A DNA stretch of 64,000 bases from an uncultured Opitutia bacterium (GTDB lineage Bacteria; Verrucomicrobiota; Verrucomicrobiia; Opitutales; CAJWYM01): contig CAJWYM010000005.1 in assembly GCA_913049555.1 (NCBI GenBank), forward strand, positions 6,719 to 70,718, in the 5' to 3' direction. Shown here in pieces: positions 8,514 to 19,200 of the stretch. Every line of letters begins with the position of its first letter. The first letter of the stretch is position 1. A program made the translations under genes and the position numbers. Below the pieces are notes generated by a model. That model saw only the letters and a program-made list of their open reading frames with translations, made no database searches and was not told the DNA's origin.

Positions 8514-9056
8514 TTGAATAGCTCTTCAGAGGATATGATTAAATTTTCTTTTTTACATATCTACATTCTTATTATGGCCTCTATTCTAACAAAACTCTTC
8601 GGTGAGGATAACAACGATGCATCGATTACAATTCACTTGGATTTATCTGCAAAAAATCAGCGGAATGAAACGGTTCATTTAAAAGAGATCTCAAACAGCC
8701 ACGATTATTTGCTAGTTTACTTCTACCCTAAAGCAGACACTCCTGGTTGCACGGCACAAGCTTGTAGTTTGCGAGACTCTTACGCTGAGCTTAAAGAGAA
8801 GAATGTCAAAATTTTTGGAGTCAGCTCAGACAATGTTGGACAACTAGTAGCATTTTCCGAAAAATATCAACTTCCCTTCGACCTGCTTTCTGACCAAAAC
8901 GGTGAAATTGCAAAAGCCTTTTCTGTATCCAGCCTGTTTGGCTTTTATTCGCGCCAAGCATTCCTATTCGAGGGACAGAAATTGATATGGCGTGATACGA
9001 GTGCATCTACCAGAAAACAAGCGGACGATGTTTTAAAAATATTGAACAATAAATAG
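8514..9056 (+). CDS. bcp: Bcp-type peroxiredoxin (thiol peroxidase)
   Basis: YLLVYFYPKADTPGCTAQAC (PxxxTxxC with a resolving Cys five residues on), FGVSSD, LPFDLLSD. The start is uncertain (TTG 8514, ATG 8535 or a later ATG). Confidence 0.85.
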   Translation: MNSSSEDMIKFSFLHIYILIMASILTKLFGEDNNDASITIHLDLSAKNQRNETVHLKEISNSHDYLLVYFYPKADTPGCTAQACSLRDSYAELKEKNVKIFGVSSDNVGQLVAFSEKYQLPFDLLSDQNGEIAKAFSVSSLFGFYSRQAFLFEGQKLIWRDTSASTRKQADDVLKILNNK

Positions 9057-9418
9057 AATTCTACTCTTCCATTTTTGGCATCAGAATAGAAGAAATCAAC
9101 TCAATGGATTCATTTTAGATTCAAGCTTTAAGAACACCTCCAAAATACTGGATTTAGACACCTTTCATGACTCCAGTCATAAGCTCCGAATTCATACAAT
9201 CACCCGTTGTAATTTCTCATGCCTTGGTAGAAAACTTGTAGTTATCCTCTGAAACGAAGGATCCTAATTCAGAGACTCATTCACCAAAAGACCGTACTCA
9301 TAATTACCAGTGAACAAACCAATACCATCTAAATTCTCAGTTCCATTCCCAATTAGGGGTCATTATAATAATGAAAAGCATCAACAGCGAGGCTGTATTT
9401 TTTTGCATTCAGTTGAGA

Positions 9419-9544
9419 TTACAATTCTGAATCTTTGTCTGATTTTCGCTTTTTAATTGTCCATAGGATGTAAACCAGATAGGCAATTACGCAGACAACT
9501 ACTAGGGATACAAAAACAACTATATTTTCTTCTTGTTCAGTCAT
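9419..9544 (-). CDS. possible 41-aa single-pass membrane peptide (below the ORF-track cutoff)
   Basis: My own translation gives MTEQEENIVVFVSLVVVCVIAYLVYILWTIKKRKSDKDSEL. It has an acidic N-terminus, a 20-residue hydrophobic helix and a basic C-terminus. I saw no obvious Shine-Dalgarno sequence. Confidence 0.25.
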   Translation of the reverse strand: MTEQEENIVVFVSLVVVCVIAYLVYILWTIKKRKSDKDSEL

Positions 9545-9668
9545 ATGATAATTTTGAGAATAGCTATCCTTTAATAAATTACAAATAGTAAACCCCCTGA
9601 GCCACAGGATTGTTTTTTCATGTTGGATTAATATCTACGTTTTGAAAGTTTAAAAAGTGATTCAATCG

Positions 9669-10028
9669 ATGAAAAATTGGTATCTCTATATGATCCGATG
9701 TAAAAACGGTTCTCTATATACTGGAATTACCATAGATGTGAATCGAAGATTTTATGAGCATCAATTTGATCTCAAGAAGGGAGCAAAATACTTAAGAGGA
9801 AAAGGTCCGATTCATTTAGTTTGGCAGTATACAGTTGGGACAAAATCGAATGCAGCGAAAATGGAGTATCAATTAAAACGAAAGTCAAAAGCTTTTAAGG
9901 AGCGATTGATTGCAAATCAATCGAATCTTTACATGGAGAATTGGATTTTAGATATAAATAAGGGATTGCCCAAAAAAGATCTTGATAAAAAGGGATTGAA
10001 GGAGAACCTTGAAATCAAGGCTCACTAA
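9669..10028 (+). CDS. GIY-YIG nuclease superfamily protein (UPF0213-like) with a Lys-rich C-terminal tail
   Basis: WYLYMIRCKNGSLYTGITIDVNRRFYEHQ...GAKYLRGKGP matches the GIY-YIG motif. I preferred ATG 9669 over GTG 9657. Confidence 0.75.
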   Translation: MKNWYLYMIRCKNGSLYTGITIDVNRRFYEHQFDLKKGAKYLRGKGPIHLVWQYTVGTKSNAAKMEYQLKRKSKAFKERLIANQSNLYMENWILDINKGLPKKDLDKKGLKENLEIKAH

Positions 10029-10135
10029 ACCAGTTCGCTATTAAATTTGAAGGACGATTTGCTCTCTAGAATTTTATCAGTTACACACTTCATTTTACAC
10101 CCTCTCAAATTCTTAGAACTCTACATTGTTTCTTT

Positions 10136-10161
10136 AAAAAAAACAGCTCCTCGCTTTTTTT
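10136..10161. terminator. weak A8-stem-T8 bidirectional terminator-like element between convergent genes
   Basis: AAAAAAAACAGC-tcctc-GCTTTTTTTT lies between the GIY-YIG stop and the giant-gene stop. The GC stem is very short. Confidence 0.3.
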
Positions 10162-10204
10162 AAGATCCCTACATAAAAATTCGAATTTGAGTTTCATTTC
10201 CTTG

Positions 10205-13200
10205 TTAAGGGGTGACTCGTTTGTCCTCTTCAATGCTTTTTCTAGATACAAGGATTGTGGCTACATCCTCTTGAGGAACAGGAATCGTATTCAAATAAAG
10301 TTGGATATTGATCAGTAAATCCACTCGGATCTCTTCACTGGTAGACCTTTCTGTCGATTGAGGCAATCTACCAGCAAGTTGTTCTCTACCAGTGTAAACT
10401 TCTCCATCGCTGTTGATATGCATAACAACATCCTTGTCAGTGACCTCCGCTTTGTTAGCCGTCTTTTTTTCATTTTCATTATTCAAATCAAAAGAACTGG
10501 CCTTAGACAAAACATTGTCATCTTCCTCTTCTTCAATCAACTCCAAGTCCTCTTCCTCTTCCTCTTCCTCTTCTTGAATACTGACATATATTTGTTTGCT
10601 GCTGTAGACCTCATTGTATCTTCCATCAAAATCTCCTTTTTCATTCAGGTATTCCTCAGACTCTTCATTGTCAGTCAAATAGTACGGTCCATTCATTTTT
10701 TCTTTGCTTTTATATTTAGGAAAGTCAAAAGACCCAAAACGGAAACCCGGTGCGTATGGATCCGACCCTAGACTGGTTATATCCCTTGGACTTCCAGTCA
10801 TTGAGGGTAATATCACATCCGCAGGATCGACAAGGAGTAGCTTTTCCCAATAGAAACCACTCCCCCCTACAGGATCGATAGGATAAGACACACCATAAAG
10901 TTGGAAATCTCCCAACAAGCCCCCGAGATCCGCAAAGTATTCAGCATAAACAACCCATCTGGAATCCGTATCAAAGACACTCGCTCCAGCATAATTATAA
11001 AATTGCCCGCCTTGGCCCTGAAGAAGAATATCGTTGCCAGCACCGCTTGTTTTAATATTCAGACCACTGGATAATTTCAAGTCTCCGACTGTTCTAATAG
11101 TAACATCATTGGCGGTATTTCCAGTATTTATATCTCCGTCAATTGTGAGACCTCCTTGGCTGTCAAACAGATTTAGGGCACCTCCTCTTGAGACAGACCC
11201 CAATCGATTCAATTGATTGTTTGAATTTCCTAGGGCAATACTACCCCCAGAATCAACTGTAAGATTCTCACTGGTCAATCCATCTGTTTGGCTCACATCC
11301 GAGCCAGACTTCAAGCTCAGGGTTCCTCCAACATTTGTTTTACCCAAAGAAATACGATTGCTTGCATCTAGGTTCATATCCGTTCCCACGATACTCGTGT
11401 CCGTTGTTATGGATCCTCCTGAATTCGCATTTAGGGTTCCAGACACGGACGTTATTCCTAAATTCAAGTCATTGATATCCTTAAGATCAAAATCGGCACT
11501 GCTAATGAGATCTACCGTTCCCTGGAAATCATTGTTTTTTGTTGTCAAATCCGTTTTTATACCCCCATTAATATGGGTAAGCTCAGATTGGCCACTGACT
11601 GTCAAGTTCACTGCCTGATTGATTCCTGCAGCGGTAACTTTAAGGTTATTGACCAATAAGTCTCCTCCAGCCTCAGTTCCATTTAAACTCAAAGTAGAAT
11701 TGTCGAATACTGTGAGATCATTGGATGAAAGGAGAGTGTAATAAACTTCGTCTGAAAAGTTATTTCCTGAATAGCCCAGATCGATGTGGTCCCCATTAGC
11801 AACCCCAGCGACAAAGTAGCTTTTACCGCTGGATAGTATGGATCCACTGTTAGAGATTGAATTGCCAGCTGTGATTCTTAGTTCAGCTGAACTTACGGAT
11901 TGGGTGACTCCAGCTATATTTACATGATCCAAATCGATTACTTGAATATTTCCAGAACTAGAGTTGGACAAGCTTAGCGAGGCTACAGTCGTCTCAATCC
12001 AGTCACTGGAACCAATTCCTGTGGCAGCAGAGGCAGAGTAATTTCCAGTAGTCAGTATATTGTTGGCGGCACCATTGCCATCAATAATACTATTTGAGGA
12101 TGACTGAGTTAGGATTTGACCCGAGCCATTGCTTGAAAGAGTGTCTACTCTTATGTCTCCATCCGCGTAGGCTAAGATTCCTCCCGTTCCACTGTTTGAA
12201 ATCAACAAATCTCCGTTGACCGAATCATTTTTTAAATCTAAAACCTGGGAACCATCCAAGCTAGAATCTGAGTCTGCGGTCAGGATAAAATTGCCCGAAG
12301 AAGAAGTAAAACTGTAATCCATTGTCAATCTTACATTTGCAGTGGCACTGATGTTAATATTTCCACTGGCAGAAGTGATTCCATCGTTGATAATAATATT
12401 ATTTCCTCCAGCCCCTCCAGAAGACAAATAAATAATCCCAGAGTCCACAGTTTCGACGAGAGTCAGAGTTCCGCCGCTAGAGTCGTCCACTGTCAAAACA
12501 CCATTTGTGGTCGCTAGATCTATATTCCCTGATGTAGACTGTTTTGCATTCAAAACAGTGACTGCATCGGATTCCTGAATTTCAATATTGCCAGAGGTTC
12601 CATTCAAAAGGTTCAATATGTCTACGGACGTTTCCAGTTTATTTCCACTTCCGATTCCAGTCTCAGCAAGAATCTTTAAAGTTCCGGATGTATTTATCTC
12701 CAAGTCACTGTCTCCCCCATCAATCACTGCCGCATCCGTTGTGATTAAAATGGACTCTGTTTGAGGAGCCGAAACTGCATTATTGTTGGTAGAAATAAGA
12801 CCTCCTAATGTGATATTGCCAGCGTTCGATCCCGTAGCAGTCAGGTTGATTTTACCACTGCCTGCATTTACAACGGATCCATCCGACATGCTGATTCCAT
12901 CCCCTGAATCTCCATCTGTGACAGCGGTATTGGAGGTGACTGTAACATTTCCGGAACCTGTCGTAGTATAATCCCCCGCTGCCGTAAAGCTTACTGCATC
13001 GTCAGCAGTTATGGTTAAGGTTCCAGTGGAGGTGTTTAGGAGGGCTGCTTGTATATTGACATCGCTGTTTTGACCATCTGCATTCAATGTAATCGCAGCA
13101 TTCACAGCACTGATTCCTGATTGACCACTAGAAACAGTAATCGAGCCGGTAGTAGATTGGACGCTAATATTTCCACCATTGACTGTGTTGAATGCTCGAT

Positions 13201-16200
13201 CGATTGATACATCATCAGTCTCTACAATTTCAATGTGATTGCTTCCTGTATTGTCCAAATCTAGACTGTTGGCGGTTGTTTCAAGAGCGTTGCCACTTCC
13301 TACTCCGCTGATAGCATCTATAACAATTCGACCACTTGTTACAATATCAACATCCGTATCTCCTCCATCCACCACTCCTGACTGATCAGAAGTAATTGTT
13401 ACGGATGTATTAGTAGTGTTGGTAGTAGTCAAACCACCCAGCGTGATATCCCCAGCATTTGAACCTGATGAAAGAAAAGTAATGGTTCCACTTCCCGAAT
13501 CAATGACTGCTCCATCTGACATTGTGATTTTATCCCCTGAATCTCCATCAGTGACAGCGGTATTAGAAGTAAGTGAAATATCACCCGAACCCGTTCCAGA
13601 GATATCTCCGGCTGAGGCCAATAATATGCTATCATCAGCGGTCAATAGAATGGATCCTGATCCAGTATTTAGAATGCTACTATTAATATTAAGGTCTGAA
13701 TTTAAGCCGTTTGCATCCAGAGAAATGGACCCCTCTGCAGATACAATCGAGACCCCGTTTGTAATCGATCCATTTGTAGTACTCAAAGATACAGTGCCAC
13801 TTCCTGATGAAGTAATAGTCCCAGTATTAGCAGTAGTAATTGCTCCATCTGATGATAATGTAATGGCACTCCCTGTTCCGAGAGAACCAGTTCCATTTCC
13901 AGTTCCAACTACTGAACTCAAGGCAGCGTTCACTGTCATTGCATGAGTATCATCGGATCCTGTATCTCCAGTTGTAATGCTTATATTACCAGAATGACCT
14001 CCATTGCCATTGCCCCCAGTCGAATTTCCACCATTCGCACTGAATGGAACTCCAATAATTAGGCTATTGTCAGAGGTATTGACCGTTATAGAACCAGCAT
14101 TACTTCCATTGCCTGAATTATTACCAGCACCATCCGTTGTAATATCCCCAAGTAAAGTTATGCTGCCCGTGTTCCTAGCAAGTATACTGACATTTCCTGA
14201 AGCAGTTCCTGTGTCACTATTGGCCGTTGTTAAAAGATCACCATCAGCTGATGAACTAAAATTCCCTCCAGAATTTAAATTTACGTTTCCTCCCTTTGTG
14301 GTTACAACATTGCTCAACGCTAAAGTATTTGCGAGCAAAGATCCATTATCAATGGTTACAGCACCTGTCCCTGATGTTATAATTCCACTTCCTCCACTTG
14401 CAGAACTTAAAACAGTGGTAACACCATTAGAAGTGATCGAAACGTTGCTATCCCCCGCCTGAGACACCTTTACTACATCCAGCGCATCTGTCTCAACCAT
14501 CTGAATCGCTCCCAGAGAAGTGTTTGTCAAATCGATGCTAGGCAAAGTGGTTTCAATGGCATCACTCACCCCAAAACCAGTAGTAGAGTTGACAACGAGA
14601 CGACCCGGAGAAACCACATCTACATAGGTATCACCCCCATCAAGTACAGCCGCTCCGGTTGACAATTCAATGGAGCTTGTGGATGAATCCGTAGTTGTTA
14701 AACCGCCAAGAGTAATATTTCCACCGTGGGTGCCAGTAGATAATAAGTCGATTGTTCCACTGCCAGCATCTATCAAAGAATCATCAGTCATACTTATCAC
14801 ATTGCTGGAATCTCCAGAGGCACTATTGACATTCGCAGTAATAGAAATGTCTCCAGTAACAGTGGTGATGTCTGAAGCGGCAGTAAATAGGATACTGTCA
14901 TCCGCATTTAGAGTTATGTTTCCGGAACTTGCATTGGAAGCTTGGACTCCGACATCGATATCAGAATTGATTCCATTAGCATCTAGGACTATATTCCCAC
15001 CAGTTCCAGTAGCCCCCTCTCTAAATTGGATGCTTGAAGTCATGGTTCCACCGCCTGAAGAAGTCACAACTAGGTTGTCCAAAGTATAGGGTGTGCCAGG
15101 AGAAAGTGATTTGATGTAAAGAAATTTACCATAATTAATAGCAGTCACTGCACTATTGACATTGGCATCCGCGTTGATTGCAGTTTCAAGAGCATCAGCA
15201 ACCTGCAAGTTGGCATCAGAAGCGGATAAAGGTTCTGATGAAATTGTGAACCCATTAATTTCGACCGCAAAGGTATCTCCGTCAGTAAGTGTTCCATTAG
15301 AAATTGTAATACTGTCCTCTTGAAGTCCTTGAATAAGAGAGATTGAGGCATCAGAAAGTGAAGAGCCCTGATTTGTCTGGATAGCAATTTCACCACTGGA
15401 ATTTTGATTGTTTATTTGAGATACGTTCAATGCATCCACTTCATCGATCGCAATGTGGTTGGAGGTGAAATTGATGGCATCTAACTCTGTTATCTGGGTC
15501 TCAATCGCATTTCCAGATCCAATCCCATCCAAAGCCTTCACAATCAACTTTCCAGCATTGCCACCGGAACCATCAGAAACATTGATGGTGGTCGAGTTGT
15601 TATCAATCAAGGCCCCATTGATATTGAGATAAATTTCGCCCGTATTGGAGATCTGATTGAGATTCATGTCTGAATCTTCAATTATACTCACTTTGTTACT
15701 TGCTGCAGTCACACCCAGGGTTCCAAAATTGGTTGTTTTAGTGGTATTCTGCTGAACATTGCCATACTCACTAGATCCTAACACGATTTCTCCAGTTCCA
15801 GTAGATGACAAGGTAGCATCTGAAACCACATTGATAAAAGTGGACTCACTATTCAATGTCCTATCGCTTATTCCCCCGGAGGCATTCTCAAAATTAAAAT
15901 TACCCCCAGCATCCACATGTTTTAAAAGACTTTTACTCCCATCATAAACATCCACATTCCTTCCTACAAAACTGATATTTTGTTGAAAACTATTGGCCGT
16001 GTTCGTTAGTGTAATATCCTTGCTTGTATTTTGAGTGCGAAAGGAAGTCACACCGTTAGCAATCAAGCCACTAGTTTGAATGATATTACCCGGATTGATA
16101 GCTGGACCTGTAAGCGGAAGAGAATCTGCAGTATCGGTTGTAATAGAAATATTCCCATCAAAATCATTGTCAGCATGCGACAAAACAATTGCATCTCCCG

Positions 16201-19200
16201 ACAATTTAGAGTTAGCAAAACTACTGGCTGAAGAAACAGAAACCACGACCAAATCCGCAGTGACAGTGTGGGTTCCGGAATCAAGATCCTTTGAAATGTT
16301 CTGGGATTCGAGATCGATTAAATTATTCAATTCATGCGTTAAATTGATATCTGCTCCATCTGATTTTCTGATAACGATATTATGAGTACCCTCAGAGCTC
16401 GCGCTGTAGCCTCCCTGATAGAGAGTGGTGTCCGCTTGCTCATAAACATCTCCAGTGGCAACCAGTGAGGTATCTCCATGCACAAGTATCGTGGCTCCGC
16501 TCACAGAGGCATAGTCACCTGTCGTAGTCACACTGAAGTCTCCTCCGATTGTTGAAGTGTCCAAATAGGTGTCCGTCGAATCCCTTAATTCAACATTACC
16601 CTTACCAGTTGACCCAGCGGTATTGATTGTAGTTGTTTGATTTACGGTGATTCCTTGCATTTGCGTTACAGGGATTCCAGCTGTAGGTCCCGTAGTGAGA
16701 GAAAAACTTCCACCGACTGAAGAAGCAGAACCATTGCCGATGACAAAGCTGTTGGCATCTACATAAGTAGCGTTTGCAGATCCAGAGGTGCGAATACGAT
16801 TTTCCCCTTGAAAATCATTGATTGTTCCCTCAAGGCTGATTCCTCCACCATTGCCATTGATATCTGAATTTCCATAAACCACCAATTCCCAAGTGTCACT
16901 ATCTTGACTAAACCCCAAGGAATCCACCACCAGATCTCTCACTATTAGATTATGCTTCAACTCAATGGCAGTAGTATCTGTAATACTAATATTATCCTCA
17001 AAATCAAAATTGGTAAAAGTGATGTCGTTATTGAATTTATTTGTAGAAAAATCCAAGATTAGATCATGACTACTGGTATCAAAGGTGGATGTTCCTGAAA
17101 CTCTTATTTCATTGTCGTCTGTCATGTCGCCATTAGAAGTAGCAACCAAATTTCCACCAATAAGCGTTGTATTACTTAAAGATAAGTTTAAAGTCCCATT
17201 ACTATCTACTGTCAAATCATTGGAAGTTGTAGATCCACCACTTCCACTTAAAGTCAAAGCATTGGTATCCCGAATACTTACTACTTGCCCACTATTAATA
17301 GTTACATCAGAAAAATCATTGTATTGATTGTCTAAGGTTATATCTCCGGTGCCGCCCAATAAGATCAAATCTTGATTTCCAGTAATCCCTGAATCACTTT
17401 GAGTTATATTTCCAGAACCTGTATCTGTGCTAAGGGTTGTGACACCAGTCATCGATGAGGTTCCAAAAGATAGATTTGTATCGGTCGTCCCAACGGTTCC
17501 AATCAAATTATTACTAGAGGATGCTGAAGCTGTAAGCCCTCCTATGAATGTGATTGAATCTTCTGTAGTATTATTGAAAGTAACAGTTCCTGTATTCTGC
17601 AAAGTAGTCGCATCACTGATCGTTGAAGTTTGATTGCCAGAGGAGCTATTGAAGCTAAGATTATAATCTTGAGATGTAGTATTAAGGGTATTAGCAGTCA
17701 ATGCACCCTGAAAATCAATAGTTCCAGTAGTGTCCGTCAGGGTCACTGTAGATGCATCCACAGTGCTACTGAAAGTAGTTCCTCCTGATTGTGTGACCGT
17801 AACAGTCCCAAAACCCGTTCCAATAGTTCCTACCGAAACTGTTCCCGTGTTGTTGATTGTTAGATTTGATTCGGTCCCACTTACGCTCGTGACATCTATG
17901 TTGCCACTGGATCCATTCCCAACCGTGAAGGTTACTCCGTTAGACAATGAGGAAGCCCCTACATCGATCGTTCCACTCCCTCCATTCAATGTGGTGTCTG
18001 CTGTTATATTTACAGCTCCTATATCGATTTGCTGATCCGTTGCTAAGATTGTACCTGCAAGATTTTCTGTGGACCCCGCTGTTGTATCCAATCCCCCAGT
18101 AAATTCAGTGCTGTCTCCAGATCCGTCCCCTATTGTAATCGTTCCCGTATTGTTAAAAGTTGTGTCTGTAGTGATCGCTCCTCCTCCTGTCATCGATACA
18201 TCGTATCCTCGACTGAATGTGGTCAAAGTATTTGCCGTCACTGATCCTGCCAAACTAACAGATCCAGTAGCCCCCGCATTGTCTTCCTGTAAAGTCAATG
18301 TGCCAATACCCGTTTCAATTGCTCCAGAGACACTGATTGTTCCGCTTCCTGATTCCAAGGTCACGTCTTCTCCAGCGACTCCTGTGATGGATGCAACTGA
18401 AAGATTGCCTCCTCCGGTATTGGATGAATCCAGTGTCAGAGTTTGACCCGATATTAGACTAACCTCTCCCAAAGTAATGTTGTCGTTGGTGCTACTAATC
18501 GTTCCTGCTGCTTTGATCGCTCCTGAATTTGCTGTCACTCCACCATTAAAAGCAATGGTGTCTGCTGAAGCATCCCCAAACTGAGTGGTTCCTGTATTGG
18601 AAAAAGTAGAGGCACTTCCTACAGAATTACTAGACCCCTTAATGGTTACATTAAAAGCGCCACCCGCAGAAACAGTCATTCCAGAGGAGACATTTAAATT
18701 ATCGTTAAAAGCAACGGTTTGTCCATCAACCGTGTCCGTCAGGACAATTGAAGTGCTGCTAACAGAACTTTGAAAAGTTGTATCATTGCTTTGAACTACA
18801 GTTAAGGATCCAAGTGGGGTTGTAGAGCCCACGGCTCCGACAATACTAACGGTTCCCCCTGTACCACTGTTTAATGATAAATTATTGGATCCGTCGATGG
18901 TGCTGGAAAATAAAATATCTCCAGCTCCTGTTGAACCGGAACTCACTTGAGCATTCCCACCCAAAGTGACTTGATTGGAAAAAGTTATATTATCGTTGGA
19001 TGTCGTTATATCTTGGTTCAAATTGATTGTTCCTCCAGATGCCTGAACCCTGAGGGCATTAAAATTCGAACTATTGTTGGAAAAATTCACATTTCCCGAC
19101 CCACCCGCATTTAAAGTGCTCAATCCAGAAACATTTCCTGAATTCGCAGAAGATATATTATCAACTGTGATCGCTCCAGAACCACTGGTATTTAGATTGA

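Noticed and set aside
10205-10520. I considered whether the giant protein is a CdiA-type contact-dependent inhibition toxin with a downstream immunity gene.
   Set aside because: I saw no VENN-type or comparable pre-toxin demarcation motif. There is also no small same-strand ORF downstream; only 176 nt separate the stop from a convergent GIY-YIG gene.
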